DNA of 64,000 nt from an uncultured delta proteobacterium (GCA_963745035.1 CAVUVW010000013.1:224001-288000), one strand, 5' to 3'. Positions 1 through 10,520 are shown, counted from the first letter of the stretch. Program-made: numbers and translations. The notes: a model not told the origin generated them from the letters alone.

Positions 1-163
1 TATTCACCATGCGGTTAACGCCGAATTTCTCCGCCAGTCCTTTCGTGACGCCGAACGGCCCGCCGAGCGACACGTCTTCGCCGAAAACGTACACTGACGA
101 GTCGCGACGCATTTCTTCGGCAAGGCCGCCTCGGATCGCGTCTAAGAAAGTTTGCTCGGCCAT
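1..163 (-). CDS. 2-oxoacid/acetoin dehydrogenase E1 beta subunit (5' part; runs off window)
   Basis: Manual translation from ATG 163: MAEQTFLDAIRGGLAEEMRRDSSVYVFGEDVSLGGPFGVTKGLAEKFG, a typical E1-beta N-terminus; not in ORF track. Confidence 0.88.
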   Translation of the reverse strand, partial: MAEQTFLDAIRGGLAEEMRRDSSVYVFGEDVSLGGPFGVTKGLAEKFGVNRMVN

Positions 164-197
164 GATAATTACGGCACGGCGCACCATGCCCTACAAT

Positions 198-1166
198 CTA
201 CGCAGTCACCTGGGTGTCCACTTCCCTTGCCTCGGGCCACGGGGAGGACAGAGCGAAGGCGGCGGCTTTTTCAACCAGGCCGCGGGCTTCGTGCTCGATC
301 GCCCTGAGATCCTTGTCCTTGAGCAGGTTCATTTTCAGCAACACGCGCGCGGCGCGGGCAATGGGATCTTTCTTTTTCCAATCAGCAAGCTCGGACAGCT
401 CGCGATATTTCGCCGGGTCGCCTTCATAATGACCGCGCATACGATGGGTCAAGCACTCGATGAAAGCCGGTCCTTTGCCGGCGCGGCAGGCGGTCACGGC
501 TTTGGCCATGGCATCGCGCACGGCGAAGAGATCGTTGCCGTCCACGGTGGTAGCGGAGATCGCGTAAGTTTTTGCGTGCTGCGCAAGGCGCGCGATTTTG
601 GTGTGCGCGGAAAGCGGTGTGAACTCCGCGTAGCCGTTGTTCTCGCAGATGAAGATTACCGGGAGTTGCCAAAGACTCGCGATATTCAGCGATTCATGAA
701 ACGGTCCGGCTTGTCCCGCGCCGTCTCCGAAAAAAACCACGGCGACTTGTTTTTTCTTTCTTTCCTTGGCGGCAAATGCGGCGCCGAGCGCGAGCGGGAT
801 CGTGCCGCCGACCACGCCGGTGGCGGTGATGAAGCCGCATTCTTTGGCGACGATATGCATGGAGCCGCCCTTGCCCCCGCAGTAACCGGTCGCGCGCCCG
901 GCGATCTCGGCCATCAGCCGATTGATATCCGCGCCTTTGGCGATGGCGTGGCCGTGCGAGCGATGGCCGCCATAAACGTAATCGTCACGACGCAGCGAAC
1001 TGCACGCGCCGACGGCGACCGCTTCCTGGCCGATGCCGAGATGAAGCAGGCCCACGATCTGCCGCTCCGCATAAAGCACCGAGGCTTTTTCTTCGAAGGC
1101 GCGGATGAGCCACATCCGGCGCAGCAGGTCGACCAGTTCTTTGGGATACTGTTTCTTTTTGGGCAT
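198..1166 (-). CDS. TPP-dependent dehydrogenase E1 alpha subunit (AcoA/PdhA-like)
   Basis: HLGIGQEA, HRSHGH, GKGGSMH, TPP motif GDGA...CENN, RMRGHYEGD. Confidence 0.93.
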   Translation of the reverse strand: MPKKKQYPKELVDLLRRMWLIRAFEEKASVLYAERQIVGLLHLGIGQEAVAVGACSSLRRDDYVYGGHRSHGHAIAKGADINRLMAEIAGRATGYCGGKGGSMHIVAKECGFITATGVVGGTIPLALGAAFAAKERKKKQVAVVFFGDGAGQAGPFHESLNIASLWQLPVIFICENNGYAEFTPLSAHTKIARLAQHAKTYAISATTVDGNDLFAVRDAMAKAVTACRAGKGPAFIECLTHRMRGHYEGDPAKYRELSELADWKKKDPIARAARVLLKMNLLKDKDLRAIEHEARGLVEKAAAFALSSPWPEAREVDTQVTA

Positions 1167-1249
1167 TGGCGGCGAAAACCGTGAAGCTGGCGAGGCAGTC
1201 GTGCGGCCTGTTAACTCGAAATTAGAAACCCGAAACCAGAAAACTATTT

Positions 1250-2221
1250 TTACGCCATCGCCGCCCGTATGGCGTCCATGATGCGCGATTCGGACGGGCC
1301 GATGTGCGCTTCGAGCGGCGGGCTGTAGGGCACCGGCACGTCCAAAGTCGAGACGCGGCGAATGCGCGTCTTCAGTTTGTCGAAGCCGCTCTCGGCGATG
1401 CGCGCAGCAATTTCCGCCGCAACGCCGCAGCTCTGGTGGGTTTCGTCGGCGATGACGACGCGATGGGTCTTGTCGATCGAGGTGAGGATGGTGGACAGAT
1501 CGAAAGGCACAAGGGTGCGCGGGTCGACCACTTCGACTTCGATACCCTCTTTGGCGAGCTTGGCGGCGGCCTGAAGCGCGACCTGAACCGTGTACGAGGT
1601 TGCGATCAAAGTCACATCGCCGCCTTGACGCTTCACGTCCGCCACGCCGAAGGGTATCGGCTTGTCGTCATCGGGCATTTCCCCGCGCGTGTCCAGGAGC
1701 CGGGTATGGTCGACGAAGATCGTCGGGTTGTCGCTGGCGACAGCGGTTTTCAGCAAGCCTTTCACGTCGCGCGGCGAAGACGGAATGGCTATCTCCAATC
1801 CGGGAACGTTCCAGAGCATCGACTGCGGGCTGCCGGAGTGCTGCGCGGCGCCACCGCCGCGCAGACCGTGAAACAAGTGAAAAACCACCGGCACCTTGGT
1901 CTGTCCGCCGGACATCGAATAGGCATTCGCCGCCTCGTTGGCGACTTGCGGCCACGCTTCATAGATAAAGCTGCCGGTGCTGAGATCGACGATCGGCCGC
2001 AGTCCCGCCATGGCCGCGCCCGTGGCGAGTCCGCAAAAGCCGAGCTCGGAGATCGGCGGCGAGATCATGCGCTCGCCGTATTTATTCTTGAGATTCTGGT
2101 AAACATGGCGGTGCGGGCTGAGGCTTAAAAAGGTGCCGTTGATCAGATGGACTCTCTGATCGGCCGCCATGATTTCTTCCAGCGCTTCGAATTTGGCTTC
2201 GTAGTAGGCGAGTTCGCGCAT
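1250..2221 (-). CDS. TPP-dependent dehydrogenase E1 beta subunit (divergent)
   Basis: PISE, GAAMAGLRP, AAQHS, EVVDPRTLVPFD, C-terminal VPVPYSPPLE. Confidence 0.9.
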   Translation of the reverse strand: MRELAYYEAKFEALEEIMAADQRVHLINGTFLSLSPHRHVYQNLKNKYGERMISPPISELGFCGLATGAAMAGLRPIVDLSTGSFIYEAWPQVANEAANAYSMSGGQTKVPVVFHLFHGLRGGGAAQHSGSPQSMLWNVPGLEIAIPSSPRDVKGLLKTAVASDNPTIFVDHTRLLDTRGEMPDDDKPIPFGVADVKRQGGDVTLIATSYTVQVALQAAAKLAKEGIEVEVVDPRTLVPFDLSTILTSIDKTHRVVIADETHQSCGVAAEIAARIAESGFDKLKTRIRRVSTLDVPVPYSPPLEAHIGPSESRIMDAIRAAMA

Positions 2222-2230
2222 AATCGGCTC

Positions 2231-3250
2231 TCAAGCGAAAAAATCTCTCTCGGCCGTTTCCGGCTTTGGATAGGGGCTATTCACCGCGAACTCGACAGCC
2301 GCGGCGATATCGGATTTGACCTGGCGCTCGATGGCGGCGATCTCATCTTTGCCCGCCTTGCCGCCTTCGACCAGCTCGCGGATATAAATCAACAAGGGAT
2401 CGCACGAACGGTACCACTCGCGCGCTTTCTCCGGCACGCTGCTTACGTCCCAGGCGAGCGAAGTGTCGGTCGCACGCGGCACCGTAGGCCAATTGGTCTC
2501 GCTGCCGGGGTAGCGTACGGTCTGCGCTTCGACAAACTGCGGGCCTTCGCCGCCGCGGATTTTGTTCACGGCTTGGGAAATTGTCGTGTGGACGAGACCG
2601 GCATCCAAGCCGTCGATCTGCTGCGCCGGAATCTTGTACGCCTTCGGTAAATCGGTGAGTGGATAGGCCGCCATCGACGAGGATTGCGCCGCGGCGACGG
2701 CGCGGCCGGCGCCATACTTGCCGTTGTTCTCGCAGAGAAACAGGACCGGCAACTTGAGCAGCGAGGCTAGGTTAAAGGCTTCCGGCGCGGCGCCTTCTTC
2801 CAATGAGCCGTCACCGAACAGGCAGACGGTTACGCGGCCGTTTTTCTGCGCCTTGGCGGCGTAGGCGGTGCCGGTCGAAAGCGGAATGATGCCGGCGACG
2901 ACACCCGAGCTGTGCAGAAAGCCCAACGACGGCGCGACCGAATGAAACGAACCGCCTTTTCCTTTGTTGAGTCCGTCGGCGCGGCCGAGGATTTCGGCGA
3001 AGAGCTTTTTCGGCTCGACCCCGCGGGCGAGCAGATGGCCGTGGTTTCTGTGCGTGGTGAAGAGATAGTCGTCGGCGCGGAGGCAGGAAATCGCCGGCAC
3101 GCCCGTTCCTTCCTGACCGACGTACAAATGATAGTGGCCGCCGAACACGCCCTTGTCGTGCAGCGGCACGAGATTCTCTTCAAAGTGGCGGATGACGAAC
3201 ATCCGCCGGCACAGGTCCAGCAAATTTTCGCGTGGCAGATTGGGCAGCAT
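2231..3250 (-). CDS. TPP-dependent dehydrogenase E1 alpha subunit (divergent)
   Basis: HLYVGQEG, HRNHGH, GKGGSFH, GDGS...CENN. Confidence 0.9.
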   Translation of the reverse strand: MLPNLPRENLLDLCRRMFVIRHFEENLVPLHDKGVFGGHYHLYVGQEGTGVPAISCLRADDYLFTTHRNHGHLLARGVEPKKLFAEILGRADGLNKGKGGSFHSVAPSLGFLHSSGVVAGIIPLSTGTAYAAKAQKNGRVTVCLFGDGSLEEGAAPEAFNLASLLKLPVLFLCENNGKYGAGRAVAAAQSSSMAAYPLTDLPKAYKIPAQQIDGLDAGLVHTTISQAVNKIRGGEGPQFVEAQTVRYPGSETNWPTVPRATDTSLAWDVSSVPEKAREWYRSCDPLLIYIRELVEGGKAGKDEIAAIERQVKSDIAAAVEFAVNSPYPKPETAERDFFA

Positions 3251-3256
3251 GATGCT

Positions 3257-3331
3257 GACTTATTTCAATCGCCCGGCATTTGTCAACGCCGCGTAACCGC
3301 ATTGACAAGGCGCAGGGGCGGGGACTAAATG
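3257..3331. promoter_or_regulatory. Back-to-back sigma70 -35 hexamers (TTGTCAA-N15-TTGACAA) between divergent operons
   Basis: TGTCAA 3281-3286 (TTGACA on minus strand) and TTGACA 3302-3307; both -10 boxes are weak. Confidence 0.45.
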
Positions 3332-3366
3332 CCAAGAAGAATGTTCTCGCGCTCGGAGGCTCGCCT

Positions 3367-4363
3367 ATGAATGCAAAACGCTTGCTGCTGGCGCTGATCG
3401 TGTGCGCGCTCGGGATTCCATCGATCCTATTTGCGCAGGCGCGTTCGCTCAAAAGAATCCAGGTCGGCGTGCCCGCGATCAGCATGGGCAACATCATTAT
3501 TTTCTTCACCAAGGAAGCGAAAATTTACGAGAAGCATGGTCTGGACGCCGAGCCCGTGGTGATGAGCGGCTCCGGCATCGCGTCCAGAGCGCTGATCGCC
3601 GGCAGCGTGGCGATTTCGCCGATCGCGACCCCGGCCGTGATGAACGCCGTGCTGGCCGGCTCCGACATGGTGATTCTCGGCCACACCATGCCGGGAGTGA
3701 TTCAGTATCTGATGGTCCGGCCCGACATCAAGCGAGCGGAGGATCTGAAAGGCAAAACGATCGGCGTGACGACCTTCGGCTCGCTCGGCGATTTCCTGGT
3801 GCGCCACCTGGCGCGGCAAAGAGGGACTCAATCCCGATAAGGATTTCGCGCTCCGGCAGATCGGCGCCGATCCGGAGCGGCTGATTTCGTTGAAGCAGGG
3901 AAGCATCCACGCGGCGACGCTTTCCCATCCGACCTTCATCCTGGCGCAGCGCTCAGGCTTCCACATTCTCTGGGATTTTTTCAAAGACGTCGATTATCCG
4001 TGGAGCGAGATCGCCACCACGCGCACGCAAATCAAGCAGGACCGCGACTTGGTGATGCGCTACATGCGCGCGCATATCGAAGGCATCGCCCGGTTCAAGC
4101 AGGAGCCGGAGCTGGCGAAGAAAGTGATCAAGAAGATGCTGCGCCTCGACGACGAGCCGTTGGCGCAGGAGTCCTGGGAGCTATTCGCCAAGCACCGGCT
4201 CGCCGCACCCTATCCGAACATCAAAGGCATGAAAACCAGCTACGAATACGTCGCCGCCACTCGTCCCGAGGTCTGGAAGCACAAGCCGGAAGAGTTCATC
4301 GACGCAAGCTTCGTCGAGGAGCTGGACAAGAGCGGGTTTATCAAGAAGCTTTACGAGAAATAG
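3367..4363 (+). CDS. ABC transporter substrate-binding protein, NMT1/THI5/SsuA-like (frameshift ~3823)
   Basis: Signal peptide, EKHGLDAE, DLKGKTIGVTTFGS; ORFs 3280-3840 and 3890-4363 join as GLNPDKD after removing one base. Confidence 0.88.
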
Positions 4364-4370
4364 AGCATCG

Positions 4371-5300
4371 ATGAAGGTGCGCATCGGCATCGCCGTCGGC
4401 CAGTGGCCGCTTCCGAGCGCGGACCCCGAAGCGATCCTCAGTCTGATCGATTATCTCGAGACGCTCGACATCGACTCGTTGTGGGTGAGTGATCGCCTGG
4501 TGTCGAGCGCGCTGATTCTCGAACCCGTTGCGTTTCTTTCTTTCATCGCCGGCCGCTTGCGCAAGATGAAGCTCGGTACCAGTACGCTGGTCCTGCCGAC
4601 GCGCAATCCGATCGTCCTCGCCAAAGAATTAGCCACCCTCGATTTCCTATCCAAAGGCCGCTTGTTTCCCGCCGTCGGGCTCGGCGGCGAGGAGTCGAAA
4701 GACTTGCAAGCGCTCGGCGTGAGCCGGAAAGAACGCGCCGCGCGCACTGACGAGATGATCACCTTGATGCGCCGGCTGTGGACGGAAGAGAGCGTGACAT
4801 TTCACGGCAAGTTCTTCGCCGTCGAGGATGTAACGGTCATGCCGCGTCCCTGGCAGAAAAGCGGTCCGCCGATCTGGATCGGCGGGCGCAGCGAGGCGGC
4901 GCTGCGGCGCACCGGACGCTTGGGCGACGGCTGGCTCGTGTCTTCGGTTTCGCCGGCGGAAGTGGAATCCGGCATCAAATCGATTCGCGCCCATGCCGCC
5001 GCGGCCGGCCGGCAAGTGCCGGAAGACCATTACGGCGTGCTGATACCGTTCTACTTTGCGGAAAATTCCGCGAAAGCTTTCGAAGTCGCCGGACGCTCTA
5101 TTCGCCCGCGCGCCGATATTCCCATCGGCGAATTCGCGGCGTTCGGCACGGCCGATGAAGTGAGAATGAAAGTTGAAACTTACATCGCCGCCGGCGCCAC
5201 CAAGTTCGTGATGAGACCGTGCGGGCCGTTTGACGGCTGGCGGGAACAAGTCGAGATATTGGCGCGAGAAGTGATTCAGCCGCTGCAGACAGCGGACTAG
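4371..5300 (+). CDS. LLM-class flavin/F420-dependent oxidoreductase
   Basis: DSLWVSD, LGTSTLVLP, LAKELATLD.LS.GR, PPIWIGG. Confidence 0.9.
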   Translation: MKVRIGIAVGQWPLPSADPEAILSLIDYLETLDIDSLWVSDRLVSSALILEPVAFLSFIAGRLRKMKLGTSTLVLPTRNPIVLAKELATLDFLSKGRLFPAVGLGGEESKDLQALGVSRKERAARTDEMITLMRRLWTEESVTFHGKFFAVEDVTVMPRPWQKSGPPIWIGGRSEAALRRTGRLGDGWLVSSVSPAEVESGIKSIRAHAAAAGRQVPEDHYGVLIPFYFAENSAKAFEVAGRSIRPRADIPIGEFAAFGTADEVRMKVETYIAAGATKFVMRPCGPFDGWREQVEILAREVIQPLQTAD

Positions 5301-5473
5301 ACGCTGAAATGCGACGAGATCCCGAGGATTCGCTTCTTCCGAGTCACGTCACCGACCAAGGGACGACGATTTAGGATCGCCAGCGCCAAGCCTATAACAG
5401 AATCGTAAGCGCTAAGATGAATCACTTGGGGCGACCTCTATCGGACCGTCCTCCCGCACTCGAGGACTTTGAT

Positions 5474-6458
5474 TTATGCCATGAGTACCGCTGCGCCGCG
5501 AATTTTTCCTGCGCGTAGTCGATTGAGCGCCGTATTCGCCTCTTCCAAGCGAAAGGTTTCCACTTCGGTGCGCACCGGGACTTTCGGCGCCAGGGCCATG
5601 AATTCTTCGCCGTCGCGGCGGGTGAGATTGGCGACCGAGCACACCGAGCGCTCTTCCCACAAGGTCGTATAGGGAAAGGCCGGAATGTCGCTCATATGGA
5701 TACCGGCGCAGACGACGACTCCACCTTTCCTAACGGCTTTGAGCGCCTGCGGCACGAGCTCGCCGACCGGCGCGAAAATGATTGCGGCGTCGAGCTTCCC
5801 CGGCGGTAATTCGTTCGATCCACCGGCCCAGACCGCGCCGAGATCGCGCGCGAAGCGTTGCCCTTCGAAGTCGCCCGGCTTGGTAAAAGCGAAGATCTCG
5901 CGCTGTTGATAGCATGCCACTTGCGCGACGATGTGGGCGGCGGCGCCGAAGCCATACAATCCCAAGCGTTTGCCGCTGCCGGCTTTAACGAGGCTGCGAT
6001 AGCCGATCAAGCCGGCGCACAGCAACGGCGCGGCCTGCGGCATCGCTGTACGAATCGGGAATCGGAAAACAATAACGCTCCTCGGCGACCGTGTACTCGG
6101 CATAGCCGCCGTCCAAGGTGTAGCCGGTAAACTTGGCCAGGTCGCAAAGGTTTTCTTGATCGTTTCGACAGTAGGAACATGCGCCGCAAGTCGAGCCTAC
6201 CCACGGAACGCCGATCCGATCGCCACGATGAAAGCGGCTGACGCCCTTGCCCAGCTCGACCACCGTGCCGACGATCTCGTGGCCGGGGATCAACGGCTGT
6301 TTAGGATGCGCGAGCTCGCCATCGACGATGTGAAGGTCGGTGCGGCACACGGCGCAGGCGCCGACGCGCAGCAGAAGCTGATTGTGTCCCGGTGTGGGGA
6401 TGGGCAGGTCAACTTGGCGCAGCGGCTCGCCGGCCTTCTCGAAGAGCGCGGCGCGCAT
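5474..6458 (-). CDS. Zinc-dependent alcohol dehydrogenase family protein (frameshift ~6040)
   Basis: CRTDLH, PGHE, CGACSYC...ENLC, APLLCAG, GLYGFGAA across ORFs 5985-6458 and 5474-6103. Confidence 0.92.
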
Positions 6459-6503
6459 GATTTTCCTTCCGGGTGAAAAGATCTAGGGGGGGATCGATCA
6501 GGT

Positions 6504-6812
6504 TCAGTCCAGATCGATGTCCTTGAGCGGTTTGGTGATCGGCTCTTCTTTGGCTTTCTTGAACAGCTCCTGAAACTTGGCTTCGAGAACTTTCGATTTA
6601 TTTTTCTCCGCCTCCGCGATCTTTTGATACTTTTCGTCGCGCCGGGAGGCTTCCTCCTTGACGAAGCTTACCGCGTCCTTGAGTTGCACGGCGAGTTGGG
6701 GCTTCGCCGGAAGTTTATGGTCGAGGACCGCGCCGAGTGCAGGATCAACAGTCAATATCGCATCGCAGCACGGGCAGGTGATTTGGATAGTCGTGGATTC
6801 ATTTGTTGGCAT
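6504..6812 (-). CDS. Small hypothetical protein, N-terminal CPCC knuckle plus charged helix
   Basis: ITCPCCDAILTVD, Lys/Glu-rich helix, C-terminal DIDLD; codon usage typical of the window. Confidence 0.7.
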   Translation of the reverse strand: MPTNESTTIQITCPCCDAILTVDPALGAVLDHKLPAKPQLAVQLKDAVSFVKEEASRRDEKYQKIAEAEKNKSKVLEAKFQELFKKAKEEPITKPLKDIDLD

Positions 6813-6872
6813 GATTACCGTCTCCGACTGTTCCCGATTTCGGGTTATTAACTCGCAACCTGAACCTGATTT

Positions 6873-7241
6873 TTATCCCCTCAGCTCGATCTGTTCTTCG
6901 TCGGGGCCGGCGAAGACCACGCGCCGCCAGCCGGATTCGCGCAGCTCGCGGGCCGCGGTCTCGTGGGGCGCGCGAATCAATTTAACCCCGTCGCGCTGGA
7001 GTTGCGCCACCGTGTCATCGAACTCGCTCGTTTCCAGGCAGAAGTGAAAACCGGTCATGGCGCCGTCAAAGTGATGGGTCAACTCCAGCACGGTATCGCC
7101 CAGTCTGAGATAGGCGATCTGGGCGCCGCTGCCCGCCGCGTGTTGAAAATAATGCTTGAAGCCGAAGTGCCGTTCATAGAAGCGGATCGAGCGGTCCAGA
7201 TCGGCAACATGGATGGCGACGTGATCGATGCGCTTGAACAT
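6873..7241 (-). CDS. VOC/glyoxalase family protein
   Basis: IDHVAIHVADLDRSIRFY, HFCLE, GPDEEQIEL. Confidence 0.9.
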   Translation of the reverse strand: MFKRIDHVAIHVADLDRSIRFYERHFGFKHYFQHAAGSGAQIAYLRLGDTVLELTHHFDGAMTGFHFCLETSEFDDTVAQLQRDGVKLIRAPHETAARELRESGWRRVVFAGPDEEQIELRG

Positions 7242-7350
7242 AAATTGATCCCCGCTTGAAGGATAGGCCTTTCACCGGCCTCTTTGCAAGCTGCGCAATC
7301 GTATGCAAAATCCTGCCGGGGGGCTAAAATAGCGCCCAGGATTTAACGTC

Positions 7351-8037
7351 ATGCCGGTATTTCGTCTTGTCGATGATCTGGTTTTTCCGCCGCCCGATTA
7401 TGCCGACCCGAGCGGCTTGATCGCAGTCGGCGGCGATCTTTCGAGCGAGCGGCTGATCGAGGCTTACCGGGTCGGGATTTTCCCGTGGTACTCCGAAGAC
7501 CAACCGATCCTCTGGTGGTCGCCCGATCCCCGCTTCGTCCTCGACGTCGATCAATTCAGAGCCTCACGCAGCTTGCGCAAGACGCTGCGGCGGCAGATTT
7601 TTCACATCAGCTTCGACCGCGTTTTCGAAGACGTGATCGCAGCCTGCGCCACCGTGCCGCGGGAGGACCAGCGCGGCACCTGGATCACGCCGGAAATGCA
7701 GGAGGCGTACATCAAGCTGCACGGTTTGGGCTATGCCCACTCGGTGGAAGCCTGGTTCGAAGGAAAACTCGTCGGCGGCCTGTACGGCGTCTCGTTGGGG
7801 AAAGCCTTCTTTGGCGAATCGATGTTTCACCACAAGACCGACGCGTCCAAGGTGGCGCTCGCGGTACTGGTGGAGAAGTTGAAAAGCTGGGGATTTCATT
7901 TCATCGATTCGCAGATGACGACCGAGCACATGCAGCGTCTCGGCGCCAAGGAAATCCCGCGCCGCATTTTCGTCAAGAAACTGCAATCGGCGCTGCGCCA
8001 TGCGACCAAGCGCGGCAAGTGGCACGTCGAAGATTGA
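7351..8037 (+). CDS. aat: Leucyl/phenylalanyl-tRNA--protein transferase
   Basis: GLIAVGGDL, GIFPW, WWSPDPR, GESMF, DASKVA. Confidence 0.97.
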   Translation: MPVFRLVDDLVFPPPDYADPSGLIAVGGDLSSERLIEAYRVGIFPWYSEDQPILWWSPDPRFVLDVDQFRASRSLRKTLRRQIFHISFDRVFEDVIAACATVPREDQRGTWITPEMQEAYIKLHGLGYAHSVEAWFEGKLVGGLYGVSLGKAFFGESMFHHKTDASKVALAVLVEKLKSWGFHFIDSQMTTEHMQRLGAKEIPRRIFVKKLQSALRHATKRGKWHVED

Positions 8038-8117
8038 AAACATAGGCGTGCGTCAAACAAGACCAAACTCATCGCTAAGAATCTAGCCCGCAAAGCCGCA
8101 GATCGAAAGGAACCGGA

Positions 8118-8152
8118 TCATTTCGACCAGGAAGAAATCTTTTTAGATCCCT
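8118..8152. repeat. Degenerate REP-like element
   Basis: TCATTTCGA..N..AGAAATCT..AGATC core shared with 51951-52012. Confidence 0.45.
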
Positions 8153-8249
8153 AATTCGCGGGAGAGCCGCGAGCAAATCGTCGGCAATTTGCGTAAAGCG
8201 CAGAGGAACGGTTTTGATGAATGATCCGGCAGTGCGCGGCCGAAAAGTT

Positions 8250-8795
8250 TCAGGCGGCCATTTCGGGCGGTGATTGCTCCACGGCTCGAACCAAATCCTC
8301 CAGCGATTTCGCAGAGGGAAATTCGACGATCAACAATATCAGGCTGATCGTCGAGAGCGAATATTGATCCAGGACGTAGCGGCCGAGAAAAGCCAAGATA
8401 AAGCCGTACACTGCAATGGCTTCGATGATGGCAAAGACAACGACCTTGCGTGTGACGTAGGTCGAAACCACGTAAGCGACACATTCCTCTTGAGGTCCTT
8501 GAAATTCTTCCAGGGCCCGGAAGAGTTTGGTTGACTTCGCGTTTTGCAATATCGCTTGCGCCGACAGGCTGCGCGTTTTCCAATAGGCATAGTAGCCGAG
8601 ATCGACCAACGTAAGCAGCCAGAAAATGATTCGTGCCGGCTCGGCAATGGCCGGGTTGGTGCCGAGATTGGGATTGCCCAAGAGACTGCGCGCGATGACG
8701 ATATAGATCGGGATCGAAATGACGAAGAAACACCAGAGGATCACCGCCGCGCCGCGTTGATCCATCAAGATCTTTCGAAACTCCGGTCGAATCAT
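8250..8795 (-). CDS. Hypothetical membrane protein (about 4 TM helices)
   Basis: RBS GAGGAGGGGAG before ATG 8795; four hydrophobic segments. Confidence 0.7.
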   Translation of the reverse strand: MIRPEFRKILMDQRGAAVILWCFFVISIPIYIVIARSLLGNPNLGTNPAIAEPARIIFWLLTLVDLGYYAYWKTRSLSAQAILQNAKSTKLFRALEEFQGPQEECVAYVVSTYVTRKVVVFAIIEAIAVYGFILAFLGRYVLDQYSLSTISLILLIVEFPSAKSLEDLVRAVEQSPPEMAA

Positions 8796-8927
8796 CTCCC
8801 CTCCTCGTGGGCGATTACTATCACAGGCGAGACCGCGATGTCTTGCCAGCGCGAAATTCAACCCTGCCTTGTCGCGCCATCAGCGCGGTGATATAGCCGA
8901 CACAAGAAAGCCAGTGAGGAGAAAATT

Positions 8928-10520
8928 ATGGCGGAATTCGACATTGTCATTCACGGCGGAAGGCTGATCGACGGCACCGGCAACCCGTGGTTCTACGGCG
9001 ATGTGGCGATCAAAGACGGCAAGATCGCGAGCATCGGCAAGATCCGTCCGGAAGCGGGAAAGCGCGCCATCTCGGCGAAGAATCTTGTCGTCACGCCGGG
9101 CTATATCGACATGCACACCCACAGCGACCAGCCGGTGATCGCCGACGGCAACGCCGAGAGCAAAGTGCGCCAAGGAGTGACCCTCGATATCATCGGCGAA
9201 AGCCAGACGGTGGCGCCGCTCGAAGGACCGATTTTGGAAGAGTACCGGGCCGAGCATCGCAAGCGCAACGGTATCGAAACCGATTGGACGACGTTTACCG
9301 GCTACTTCAATACAGTGATGCGCGGCGGTACGTCGATCAACGTCGCGTCGGGTGTTTCACCGCAGCAGGTGAAGCGCGTGGTGTGCGGCTTCGAAGAACG
9401 CCCGGCGAACGCCGCCGAGCAGGAGAAAATGAATCGGCTAGTCGCACAAGCGATGGAGGAAGGCGCTCTCGGTCTTACGGCAGCTTGGCACGCCAAGGGA
9501 CCGGAGAATCCCGATGAAGTGGTCGAGATGGCGAAAGTCGTCAAACGCTACGGCGGCTACTACGGCGTGCACGTCGGCAGCGAGGGCTTCGACATCATGG
9601 AAGAGCTCGCCAAGATGCTGCGGGTGGCGCGTGAAGCGCAGATCCCCGTCCACGTCTATCATTTGAAGATGCGCGCCAAAGCAAACTGGGGGCGGATTCG
9701 CCAGGTGATCGAGCAGCTCGAAGAGGCGCGCCGTGAAGGCTTGGATATCACCGCCAACCAGTATCCGTACACCGCCATGCAGCATCCCTGGCGCCGCCTG
9801 TTCCCGCGCTGGGTGCAGGACGCCCCGGTGAATGAGACGATCGCGCAATTCATGAGCCCGGAGTTCCGCGAGCGCGTGATTCACGACAAGGAGTTCAATC
9901 AGTACGTCGACGAGCACGGCGGCTTCGAAGGCATCGTCGCAGCGCGCGTCGACGCCGAGCCGCTCAAGAAATTCGAAGGCATGACCATCGCCGAGATCGC
10001 CAAAATCCGCGAGCAGGACCCGGTGAGCACGGTCTTCGATCTGATCTACGAGGAAGGCAGCTTCATTCACGGCGTGCACCACACGATGAACGAAGACGAC
10101 GTGAAAGCGGTCATGCGCGTGCCGTGGATATCGATCGGCTCGGACGGCAGCGCGCTCAATCTCAAATATCCCGGCAAGCCGCACCCGCGCAGCTTCGGCA
10201 CCAATCCGCGCGTGCTCGGCAAATACACGCGCGAGGAAAAAGTCCTGCGCCTGGAAGACGCGGTGCGCAAGATGACTTCCATGCCGGCGCAGGTGCTCGG
10301 CCTCAAGGATCGCGGCTTGCTGCGCGAAGGCTACTGGGGCGACGTCGTCGTGCTCGATCCTGATCAAGTCGCCGACATGGCGACCTACGAGAATCCGAAG
10401 CAGTATCCGAAGGGCATCGATTACGTGCTGGTCAACGGCGCCATCGTGGTCGATAACGGCCATCACACTGGGGCAAGGTCGGGGAAGATTGTGTATGGAC
10501 CGGGAAAACGCGCCGCCTAG
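8928..10520 (+). CDS. N-acyl-D-amino-acid deacylase family amidohydrolase
   Basis: DGTGNP, PGYIDMHTHSD, GSDG, PHPRSFG, VLVNG. Confidence 0.92.
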   Translation: MAEFDIVIHGGRLIDGTGNPWFYGDVAIKDGKIASIGKIRPEAGKRAISAKNLVVTPGYIDMHTHSDQPVIADGNAESKVRQGVTLDIIGESQTVAPLEGPILEEYRAEHRKRNGIETDWTTFTGYFNTVMRGGTSINVASGVSPQQVKRVVCGFEERPANAAEQEKMNRLVAQAMEEGALGLTAAWHAKGPENPDEVVEMAKVVKRYGGYYGVHVGSEGFDIMEELAKMLRVAREAQIPVHVYHLKMRAKANWGRIRQVIEQLEEARREGLDITANQYPYTAMQHPWRRLFPRWVQDAPVNETIAQFMSPEFRERVIHDKEFNQYVDEHGGFEGIVAARVDAEPLKKFEGMTIAEIAKIREQDPVSTVFDLIYEEGSFIHGVHHTMNEDDVKAVMRVPWISIGSDGSALNLKYPGKPHPRSFGTNPRVLGKYTREEKVLRLEDAVRKMTSMPAQVLGLKDRGLLREGYWGDVVVLDPDQVADMATYENPKQYPKGIDYVLVNGAIVVDNGHHTGARSGKIVYGPGKRAA

